Under the pieces are notes generated by a model that saw nothing but the letters and a program-made list of their open reading frames with translations, was not told where the DNA came from and did not search any database. A program made the position numbers and the translations under genes. Source: Pyrodictium delaneyi (GTDB taxonomy: Archaea; Thermoproteota; Thermoprotei_A; Sulfolobales; Pyrodictiaceae). Taken from it: 32,000 bases of DNA. Positions 1 to 7,572 of the stretch are shown here, piece after piece. Positions within the stretch are counted from its first letter, which is position 1. Each line of letters begins with the position of its first letter. The DNA is taken from NCBI RefSeq assembly GCF_001412615.1, contig NZ_CP013011.1, forward strand, positions 1,680,001 through 1,712,000, written 5' to 3'.

Positions 1-2416
1 CCTCTAGTATCTCTCGATAGGCTTCCTTTAGCAGTGGGAAGCCTGGTATACGCTCCACAGCCTCGAGCAGTGCCTGGGCATTTAACTGGAGAGTGTGCGG
101 ATCACGGGTTCGGCTACGGTAACGGCGTAGAAGCATGAAGCCTCGCTCGGCGCAATGCCTAAACCGCCTCTTTAGCAGCTCAGTATTTCGGAGAACTCTC
201 CTCAGAATGTCCTCAATATTGTCTGGCTTCACGCTATAAACGAGCCGGCTTAGGTCTATATCATTGCGTATGCCTGGCACAGTGAGCATGAATGCGTTAT
301 CGGTCACAGTTATCCTTACATTAGAGCCAGCCATGGTTGATAACTTGTACGCATAGGCTCTCGAGAGTGCATCATTCACTCTCCTGCCAAACAACGTGTG
401 GAATATGATTGACGTGGTCTCCTCCTCGGTGTCCTGGTACAGTTCTACGAGTACCAGCTTATCGCTGGGCACGAGGCCTCCAGTGAAAAGGAACTGCTCA
501 AGCACGTAGTCGTAGATGTTCTCTGCAGCGTGGTGTTCGAGATTATACTGTGAGGCAATTATATCTACTACTTTGCTCTTTGGTAGGTTTTGACGTATCA
601 TTTCTGCTATCCATCTGCGGAACGCTCCGACTAGCAATGCTGAGTCAAATGCTAAAGGTAGCATCTCAGAGAACCAGCTAGGCACAGTCGGTCTCTGACC
701 CTCGGCAGGCCTTACATAAACCTTCATGCCCTCTGAACGTACAAACTCATAGGTTCTACCGCCCAGGACGAATATGTCACCGGGTCCTAGTATCTGTACA
801 AAGGCCTCCTCGAGGTCGCCCACGTATCTACCGTCGAGTGTGTATACACGTATCTTGACCTCATCAGGTATAGTGCCGCTATTTAGATAGTATATCATAC
901 GTGAACCGCGACGCCTACCGAAGACTCTCTCGTTTTCATCAAGCCAGATCTTCGCGTAGACTCGGTGCTCCTCGAGCCCATACCTGCCTGCTAGGAACCG
1001 GAGTACCGACATAAAGTCGTCGAAGGACAATGTGTGGAATGTATAACTCCGCTTTACAAGCCTATAAGCCTCCTCTATGCTCCACTTCTTCTCTATAGCC
1101 ATACCGACTATATGTTGGGCTAGTACATCAAGAGGATTGCGTGGAATGTGAACGCGGTCAATCTTCCTCTCCATCCCAGCTTTTGCAAGGACAGTACACT
1201 CTACAAGGTCGTCTCTATCAACTACTATTATACGGCCCTTACTCACCTGGCGAATATGATGCCCTGCTCTACCTATCCTCTGCAGCATACGTGAGACGCT
1301 CTTAGGACTGCTAAGCAAGACTACTAGGTCAATATAACCTATATCTATGCCGAGCTCGAGGCTAGTAGAAGATACGACGACTTTCAGCTCACCACGTTTC
1401 AGCTTCTCCTCGACCGCGAGCCTCACGTCGCGGCTAAGACTGCTGTGATGGGCCTCTATCTCGTCCATATCAGCTATTCCTTCCTCCTTAAGTATCTTCT
1501 TCAGCTTGTAGACAACTCTCTCGGTCGCGCTGCGAGTGTTGGTAAATATCAACGTGGTGCGATGCTCGCGGATAAGCTTGGCTAGAAGCTTGTAAATAGC
1601 TTCATTGACGACCTCTGCTGGTGTATGTATCAGATCCTTTACTGGACATAGTACCCTAATATCCACGGGTTTCGCGAACCTGGCATCGACTATCATGCAT
1701 TTACGAGGTTCGCCGTTATCGTTAAAGCCTACAAGAAACTTGGCAACTTCTTCAAGAGGCGCTATTGTAGCTGAAAGTCCTATACGCTGAAGACTACCCC
1801 CTACAAGGTAGTCGAGCCTCTCAATAGATAAGCTTAGATGAGAGCCACGCTTGCTCGATGCCAGTTCATGGATTTCATCTATTATTATCCACCTAGTCGT
1901 GGCAAGTCTTTCGCGGAACTTTGGTGCAGCTAACGATATTGCAAGGCTCTCCGGTGTCGTTATCAGTATGTGAGGCGGATTACGAGTCATCTTCTGCTTC
2001 TCTGAGGGAGGTGTATCGCTTGTACGGACTGCTACCCTTATCTCAGGGAGTGTGAGCCCCATCTCTTTTGCAGTCTTTCTTATACCTTCCAAGGGTTGGA
2101 GGAGGTTGCGCCACATATCATTATTGAGGGCTCGGAGAGGAGAGACGTAGACAGCGTATATCTGGTTCTCTAGCCTGCCCTCCTCGGCAAGCTTAAACAG
2201 CTCATCTATTATCCCAAGGAATACTGCGAGGGTTTTACCCGTCCCGGTTGGCGAGGAAACAAGTACATTGTACCCTTTCTTTATCAATGGTATTGCACAG
2301 CGTTGTGGGAGCGTAAAGCTGCCATACCTCTGGCGGAACCATTTAGCTACGTAGGGGCGTAGTAGATTGTAGACCTCCTCGTCGCCTGGACAGTTGCTAA
2401 CTCGTGTAATTGTCAA
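1..2416 (-). CDS. lhr: Lhr-type superfamily-2 DExH helicase (N-terminal ~805 aa; C-terminus lies beyond the window start)
   Basis: Reverse-strand frame is open from a TTG at 2416 (in-frame TAA just upstream at 2423-2425) to the window edge. It is absent from the ORF track because no stop lies in the window. My hand translation gives Walker A SSPTGTGKT, motif II DEIHEL, motif III SAT (GLSATIAP), motif VI QRIGRAGH, and a long Lhr-like post-helicase region. Confidence 0.85.
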   Translation of the reverse strand, partial: MTITRVSNCPGDEEVYNLLRPYVAKWFRQRYGSFTLPQRCAIPLIKKGYNVLVSSPTGTGKTLAVFLGIIDELFKLAEEGRLENQIYAVYVSPLRALNNDMWRNLLQPLEGIRKTAKEMGLTLPEIRVAVRTSDTPPSEKQKMTRNPPHILITTPESLAISLAAPKFRERLATTRWIIIDEIHELASSKRGSHLSLSIERLDYLVGGSLQRIGLSATIAPLEEVAKFLVGFNDNGEPRKCMIVDARFAKPVDIRVLCPVKDLIHTPAEVVNEAIYKLLAKLIREHRTTLIFTNTRSATERVVYKLKKILKEEGIADMDEIEAHHSSLSRDVRLAVEEKLKRGELKVVVSSTSLELGIDIGYIDLVVLLSSPKSVSRMLQRIGRAGHHIRQVSKGRIIVVDRDDLVECTVLAKAGMERKIDRVHIPRNPLDVLAQHIVGMAIEKKWSIEEAYRLVKRSYTFHTLSFDDFMSVLRFLAGRYGLEEHRVYAKIWLDENERVFGRRRGSRMIYYLNSGTIPDEVKIRVYTLDGRYVGDLEEAFVQILGPGDIFVLGGRTYEFVRSEGMKVYVRPAEGQRPTVPSWFSEMLPLAFDSALLVGAFRRWIAEMIRQNLPKSKVVDIIASQYNLEHHAAENIYDYVLEQFLFTGGLVPSDKLVLVELYQDTEEETTSIIFHTLFGRRVNDALSRAYAYKLSTMAGSNVRITVTDNAFMLTVPGIRNDIDLSRLVYSVKPDNIEDILRRVLRNTELLKRRFRHCAERGFMLLRRYRSRTRDPHTLQLNAQALLEAVERIPGFPLLKEAYREILE

Positions 2417-2467
2417 TACCCGTTACACCCGTTCCCGTCGCTGCACCTACTGGCTCCTAGCCCCAAG

Positions 2468-2505
2468 GGTAGTACGGGGGTAGTACACCCCTAGGGCTTA
2501 ATTTT
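2468..2505. promoter_or_regulatory. Candidate operator plus TATA region in the lhr / RHH divergent intergenic
   Basis: Direct repeat GGTAGTAC at 2468-2475 and 2479-2486 (11-nt register). It is followed by the palindrome CCCTAGGG (2489-2496) and a TATA-like CTTAATTTT (2497-2505) about 45 nt upstream of the in-frame TTG at 2549. Confidence 0.35.
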
Positions 2506-2752
2506 GAGACTGTATGCTCCTCCTATAGCATACGGTCTGGGGGATAGATTGCCTCAAACAGTCATAGTGACGTTTAAGGCGCCAGCGGAACTAGTGGAGA
2601 GGTTAGATGAACTCGTCCGTACCGGCGTGTTTAGGAACCGTAGTGAGGCACTACGCCACGCTCTAGTGATACTGATTAACCGTTACCGGGGTGAGGCTTT
2701 TGCCAGCGAAGTTCTCGGAGGAGGAAATAAAGACGCTCTACAAGCTACGTGA
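2504..2752 (+). CDS. Ribbon-helix-helix (CopG/NikR-type) DNA-binding protein
   Basis: [39 protein letters not shown] is a classic beta-strand/helix/helix RHH signature. The in-frame TTG at 2549, preceded by GGGGGAT, is a more plausible start than 2504. Confidence 0.7.
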   Translation: MRLYAPPIAYGLGDRLPQTVIVTFKAPAELVERLDELVRTGVFRNRSEALRHALVILINRYRGEAFASEVLGGGNKDALQAT

Positions 2753-3017
2753 GCTAATAGTGAGGTTTAGCTCGGACGAAATAAAAGTATTCAGCTATGT
2801 ATGGGACAATATATCCGTGGGCGAGATAATATTTGAACGTGACCTAAACCAGATATATGGGGTCCGGAAACCCATCCTAGTAGCAGTATCGCTTAGAGAG
2901 AAGGGGGTAATCGAGCGTGGTGAGGGCTGCTATAACCTAGCACGGTGGCTCCGTCCACTGAGAAAGAAGATAGGCAATTTCCAGGACCTCCGCCTTATAC
3001 TAGACCGGCTACCCTAA
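2691..3017 (+). CDS. Small winged-helix-like DNA-binding protein (hypothetical)
   Basis: GTG start. Overlaps the RHH ORF by 62 nt in the +1 frame. The segment [11 protein letters not shown]...[31 protein letters not shown] reads like a helix-turn-helix plus wing. No specific family recognised. Confidence 0.5.
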   Translation: MRLLPAKFSEEEIKTLYKLRELIVRFSSDEIKVFSYVWDNISVGEIIFERDLNQIYGVRKPILVAVSLREKGVIERGEGCYNLARWLRPLRKKIGNFQDLRLILDRLP

Positions 3018-3104
3018 CCACGGCAGGCTCTATGAACCTAACTCCTCTGGGCTTGTGCTGTGCAATTAACCAAAGCTGTGCACTTGTTTGAGGGGTAGCA
3101 AAGC

Positions 3105-3731
3105 ATGAGTATTGTTAACGAGTTATACCGGATTAAGCAACGTGACTTCAGCGAAAAACTAAGGGAGCTAACAGATCCCCGGATAATCTATGTCACCGAC
3201 TTGGTTTCGTGTAGCCATAAGCGTAGTATGAGACTCTCATTCCCCCTCCTAAGCTTCAAGTTCGAGCCACCGCTAGTACTCGGCGATCTTGTACATGCGG
3301 GTCTAGGTTCCCTGCTTGCAGAAAACGGGTGGGAGGCAGAGGTACAGATAGAGAAGAGCTACATTATCGATGGGAAGGAGTACATACTTAAAGGGCGTGC
3401 AGACCTAGTAAGGCGTGGTAAAAATGGTAAGCCGGAGATAGTAGTCGAGATAAAGACTAGCCGCGATCTCCCAGAAAATAATCCGCGTGAGCATCACGTA
3501 ATGCAGCTGCGAATCTACATGCAGCTGCTCGGTGCTAACCGTGGATATCTTCTATATGTGACGCCTGAGAGACTTGTAGAATTCGAGATAGAGCCGGCAG
3601 AGATGGATATAGAGGGGTTGATCAGGGAGACGATATACGATCTTCAGACGCCGCGCTACGAGTGGGAGTGTCGGTACTGCAGCTTTAGGAAGATATGCCC
3701 CTATGCAAGAACAAACAAACGAACACCATAG
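3105..3731 (+). CDS. Cas4-family (DUF83, RecB-like PD-(D/E)xK) nuclease with a 4-Cys Fe-S cluster; not CRISPR-linked in this window
   Basis: N-terminal Cys (LVSCSHK), GRADLV (motif II Asp), EIK (ExK), QLRIYMQLL (QhxxY) and C-terminal CRYCSFRKIC (CX2CX5C). Together these make the Cas4 motif set. Confidence 0.75.
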   Translation: MSIVNELYRIKQRDFSEKLRELTDPRIIYVTDLVSCSHKRSMRLSFPLLSFKFEPPLVLGDLVHAGLGSLLAENGWEAEVQIEKSYIIDGKEYILKGRADLVRRGKNGKPEIVVEIKTSRDLPENNPREHHVMQLRIYMQLLGANRGYLLYVTPERLVEFEIEPAEMDIEGLIRETIYDLQTPRYEWECRYCSFRKICPYARTNKRTP

Positions 3732-3755
3732 CGATATTATTCCCGGGAATGGTGG

Positions 3756-4496
3756 TTGAAGACAATGCCGTTTCAGAAGCTGCGAGGAGACCTACATATA
3801 CATAGTACTTTTAGCGATGGACGTAATAGTCCTGAAGAGATACTGTTAAAGGCGCTTGAGAAAGAACTAGATGTGATATCTATTACAGATCACGATACCT
3901 TTTCGGGTTCAATTAGGGCTCTAAAAGCTGTCAAAAGCATGCAGCTCGATATAGTGGTTATTATCGGTGCTGAGATACGTACAACTGCGGGGGATATACT
4001 AGTATATTGCAGTGATGTACCTCTTGAGGTGGTTCCACGCGATCCCTTAGAACTGGCGGATACAGCTCACGAGCACGGCTGTATAGTTGCTCCAGCGCAC
4101 CCGTTCGATACGAGGAGGAAGGGTATAGGCAGGCTAGTATACGATGGAAAGTGGGACGCAATAGAGGTTTACAATGCCTATAGTGACCCTTTATCTAACC
4201 GTCGGGCTGAGCAAGTAGCACGTGAACTAGGAGTCCCAGGCCTAGCTAATAGTGACGCGCATGTGGCAGACGCTATTGGCGCTGCTTACAACATCATAGA
4301 GGTCAGTAGTAGAGATGATGAAGCTGTGCTCAAGGCGATAAAGGATGGAAGAGTAACGCCGATCCACGGAAGACCAAGCTTCTCTGCCGTAGCATCAACG
4401 CTAGCATGGAGCATTGAACGTAGGATAAGGAGGAGAAAGGGACCTAGCAGGCTAGACTACATAGAAGAAGAGGGCTATGGCGAGCCGGAGTTTTAG
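3756..4496 (+). CDS. PHP-domain metal-dependent phosphoesterase
   Basis: HIHSTFSDG, ITDHD, APAHP and NSDAH metal-ligand motifs. The likely real start is ATG at 3765 (MPFQKL...). Confidence 0.75.
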   Translation: MKTMPFQKLRGDLHIHSTFSDGRNSPEEILLKALEKELDVISITDHDTFSGSIRALKAVKSMQLDIVVIIGAEIRTTAGDILVYCSDVPLEVVPRDPLELADTAHEHGCIVAPAHPFDTRRKGIGRLVYDGKWDAIEVYNAYSDPLSNRRAEQVARELGVPGLANSDAHVADAIGAAYNIIEVSSRDDEAVLKAIKDGRVTPIHGRPSFSAVASTLAWSIERRIRRRKGPSRLDYIEEEGYGEPEF

Positions 4497-5635
4497 AACT
4501 CAGGAGGCTCAACGTACTCGAGTACTCTATCCCTCGCCTTCTCGAGCCTCTTCTGGTGTTCTTCTAGGAACTTTGCGAGCAGCTCGGCAGCATACTGCTT
4601 ATCGGGGCCGCAGAGTAGGCTTCCCTGCTTACACTCGTTGTAAATCCTAACTAACTCTCTATCATCCCGTAGCAGATGGTAGACATAGAACTCGTATATC
4701 GTACACTTCTCGGGGATTCCTCCCAGCCTACGCTGCTCCTCGACAGTAGCTCTTCCGCCAGTTAATGCACGCTTAAGCTTGCGAACAGCAACATCTACCG
4801 GGTCTGTTAGGAATATCGTATAGTCTGGCCTAGAGCTACTCATCTTGTTCCCGTCAAGACCGGTCTGGAACCTGTGATAGGTGGACGCTGGCCTCCTTAG
4901 CCCTAGCTCGTTCTCAAACCGGTCTGCTATGTCACGTGTGAACCTAATATGAGGGTCTTGGTCGGCTCCGACAGGTACTAGTACGTACTTGAATCCACCG
5001 AAGTACTCTAGTTGTGGATGCAGTATATCGGCTGCCTGTGTTAGTGCTGCTACGACTTTACCTGGCTCTAGATCACCATAGATAGCTTCCATTTCAGCCA
5101 TTGTTATCTTGCGTGAGAACATCTGTATCAATCGGTAGTATGGCTTCTCATAGTTAGTCTGGAAGTATATATGGGTATGTTTGTTCTTCTCAAGTCCTAG
5201 CGCTATGAGATTAGCCACATACTCGTACAGTCCTATTTCTATTACTTTCTTCCGGTCTAGCTTCCGGACAGCATATGCTTCCGCATCAGCTATCACTATG
5301 AATACCTCGAAGCCCAGCTTCTGGTAGTAGATTATCTGGTCGGCCACCATCTTGTGGCCAAAGTGGAACTTACCACTTGGCATAAAGCCCGTTACGAGCG
5401 CTATACGCTCTCCAGACTTATACGCGTCGAGGATGGTTTCGTAGTCTCTGTGTCCAAAGATAACGCCACGCTTCATAAGATGTAGGGGCTCACCGAATAC
5501 CTGGCTTACACGTGGTAGAAGCTCCTGGAACGGCTTTATACCGAAGTAGCGGAACAATTTGTCATACTCTAGCTTGACTGCCGAAGCCCACGGGTCTAGC
5601 TTGTAAGACTTCTCTCCCTCCACAATAACTCCCAC
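4493..5635 (-). CDS. trpS: Tryptophanyl-tRNA synthetase
   Basis: Class I HIGH-type motif (KFHFGH) and KMSKS-type motif (KMSSS). Archaeal TrpRS length. GTG start. Confidence 0.85.
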   Translation of the reverse strand: MGVIVEGEKSYKLDPWASAVKLEYDKLFRYFGIKPFQELLPRVSQVFGEPLHLMKRGVIFGHRDYETILDAYKSGERIALVTGFMPSGKFHFGHKMVADQIIYYQKLGFEVFIVIADAEAYAVRKLDRKKVIEIGLYEYVANLIALGLEKNKHTHIYFQTNYEKPYYRLIQMFSRKITMAEMEAIYGDLEPGKVVAALTQAADILHPQLEYFGGFKYVLVPVGADQDPHIRFTRDIADRFENELGLRRPASTYHRFQTGLDGNKMSSSRPDYTIFLTDPVDVAVRKLKRALTGGRATVEEQRRLGGIPEKCTIYEFYVYHLLRDDRELVRIYNECKQGSLLCGPDKQYAAELLAKFLEEHQKRLEKARDRVLEYVEPPEF

Positions 5636-5706
5636 CCAGGAGGCTTCGCAACTGCCAGCATTACTCCGGCGGCAAACTGCATATAGGGCTTTATTATTAA
5701 AGCATA

Positions 5707-6684
5707 ATGGTGTTTCTAGGCTCTCTCAAGAACTCTCGTCAAGGTGACTGGATTGTGGTCGATGTAATCGAGTTTAACGACGTATGGGATGCTGTGGACA
5801 AGATTGCTGACAGACTACCCTTCGTAAGCGGGAAGCTTAGAAGCCTTGTTGAGGAGCGCGTAGGGATAAAGAAGCTTGAGATACAAGCAAGCTCTCCTGA
5901 CCCGGTATACGCGGTGGATTCTGCTTTTCCTAGCTCACCGTTAGACCTTGTGGGTATGTCAATGAGTATTATAGCAGTAGCGGTAGTCATGTATTCTCAC
6001 GGCAAGACTAATGTTAAACGCTCTAGGAAAATGCTGGTAGAATTCCTTGGAGAATTAGACCAGGACTATGTGGCAGCGTTGGCAAGAATAGAAGAGCGTA
6101 GGCATGCATTAAGTGTGGTCGACAATGCTGAGATGCTAGTGATTGACGGAGAGATACTGCCGCGACGTGGCAGCTCAGATCTCTGGCCTAGTGTAGAGCA
6201 GCTTAGCATTATGCTGGTAAAGGAGGCTATACGCAGAGGTATACCCTTGGTTGGTGTACTTAAGCGGAGTTACTCCAGGCACATAGCCAACATCATTAAT
6301 GTGTCACTGAGCGACAAAGCTATTGCATCACTCGTGCTTCGGCGTGGAGAATACATTGAGGTAAAACATAATCAAGGGCAACTGGCCAAGCTAGGCTGTA
6401 AGATAGTCTTCTACAAGCCTCTACGCGGGCTAGCCGAGGCAGTAAAACTAGAGATCTGCAGCAGAGCGGTGCCAGTCGAAGATGTAGTCGCTGTCCTAGC
6501 TAGAGAAGCCGGCCCAACTGGACTCCCATGGCTAATAGACCTAGTTGACTCCATAGTGAAGAAAGAGGTTGTTCACATAAATGCTGTGCATGGTCTGCTT
6601 CTTGCCAGGCTAGCCCGTGCCAGGAGGCATAGCCTCGTATACCATGCTAACCCTCAGGAGAAGAGTCGTACCAGGCTTCTATGA
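5707..6684 (+). CDS. NurA-domain nuclease paralog, not in a herA-mre11-rad50 context
   Basis: VYAVDSAF, MLVIDGEILP and VGVLKRSYSRHI resemble the NurA catalytic Asp / DG / GvsK blocks. Length is typical for NurA. Confidence 0.55.
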   Translation: MVFLGSLKNSRQGDWIVVDVIEFNDVWDAVDKIADRLPFVSGKLRSLVEERVGIKKLEIQASSPDPVYAVDSAFPSSPLDLVGMSMSIIAVAVVMYSHGKTNVKRSRKMLVEFLGELDQDYVAALARIEERRHALSVVDNAEMLVIDGEILPRRGSSDLWPSVEQLSIMLVKEAIRRGIPLVGVLKRSYSRHIANIINVSLSDKAIASLVLRRGEYIEVKHNQGQLAKLGCKIVFYKPLRGLAEAVKLEICSRAVPVEDVVAVLAREAGPTGLPWLIDLVDSIVKKEVVHINAVHGLLLARLARARRHSLVYHANPQEKSRTRLL

Positions 6685-6720
6685 GGATGCATATCGTTAG
6701 GACAGTGGAGGTGAATATGG

Positions 6721-6870
6721 GCGTGTTTGCCCCCGACCCCCAGCCGTGCGGGTCCGCCGCTCATCCCCGAGGAGGGCTACTAGCCCCCTTCGGGGCTGTT
6801 GCGGCGGCAAGCTCCGCCGGGACAGCCAGGACTATGTATACCCGGCGGGCTCGTATAAGCTTCGCCGCCT
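6721..6870. ncRNA. Unassigned GC-rich structured element (candidate ncRNA; strand undetermined)
   Basis: Hand count gives 105/150 G+C (70%), against roughly 45% in spot-counted coding lines. Several perfect 5-11 bp helices can be drawn (details in findings). It lies in the 190-nt convergent gap between two genes. The overlapping 63-aa ORF is Ala/Gly/Pro/Arg-rich and looks like a composition artefact. Confidence 0.4.
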
Positions 6871-6876
6871 AGAGTG

Positions 6877-7572
6877 CTAGACGTCTTCTATATTGCTCGG
6901 CGCTATACAGCCGGTCAGAAAAGCGTAGTCGATAGCTGACTTAGCCACGGTGGCCGCAACTCTATGCACCTCAGGGCTCCACGTGCTATGCATTATACAA
7001 TCATAGGACGATAAGACTGTGTATACAAGCTGTCGAATTCTAGTGCAGGGTGGCCGTATTATTCTATTCTTGGCCCAGTGGCGTAGCCTTGTAAAAGCTA
7101 TTAGCAACTCTATGCTGCACCCCAGGCTCCTAGAGTATGTAAACCACCCCTTTCCCTCTAGTACGAGTATAGGCTCTAATACTAGTGTTAGAATGCCGCT
7201 AGGTCCCATGTAGCGTGATACGACCACCGCCTCGATACGTGGACCCTCGACTCTAGGGCATGGTGTATGAATAGACTTAGCAGGGACTAGTTCGACGGTA
7301 TGTTCTAGCACTGCAGTATAGTAAGCAAGTGGGTTGTAGGGCTGAGCTAGGCACATCTCGTAAACGCTATAGCCCAGCTCGTGGATGCTCGTGCCTGGGT
7401 ATAGCCTCACTACTAAATGATCTCCGTTACGTCTAATGCCGAGAGGAGTTACTATGGACGATCCCTGGGTGTTTAATACTGCCAGCATTTCGACGTATCG
7501 CTGCTCAGGAATGAAGTGGCTGCTATCACCGCTACTATTAGGCGAACTGGTTGACGCTATCCGCGGCTTCAT
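6877..7572 (-). CDS. DUF447-like (flavin-binding split-barrel-like) protein, a family often linked to methanopterin-type pterin genes
   Basis: The block VEMLAVLNTQGSSIVTPLGIR...VVRLYPGTS resembles the DUF447 N-terminal region. An alternative ATG at 7488 (M29) would remove the 5' overlap with the divergent gene. Confidence 0.4.
   Translation of the reverse strand: MKPRIASTSSPNSSGDSSHFIPEQRYVEMLAVLNTQGSSIVTPLGIRRNGDHLVVRLYPGTSIHELGYSVYEMCLAQPYNPLAYYTAVLEHTVELVPAKSIHTPCPRVEGPRIEAVVVSRYMGPSGILTLVLEPILVLEGKGWFTYSRSLGCSIELLIAFTRLRHWAKNRIIRPPCTRIRQLVYTVLSSYDCIMHSTWSPEVHRVAATVAKSAIDYAFLTGCIAPSNIEDV

Noticed and set aside
6681-6872. 63-aa ORF (MRMHIVRTVEVNMGVFAPDPQPCGSAAHPRGG...AAASSAGTART...) as a protein gene
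   Set aside because: The sequence is low-complexity Ala/Gly/Pro/Arg, as expected from translating a 70% G+C structured region. It lies in a convergent gap and has no recognisable domain. It is better explained as the GC-rich RNA-like element.
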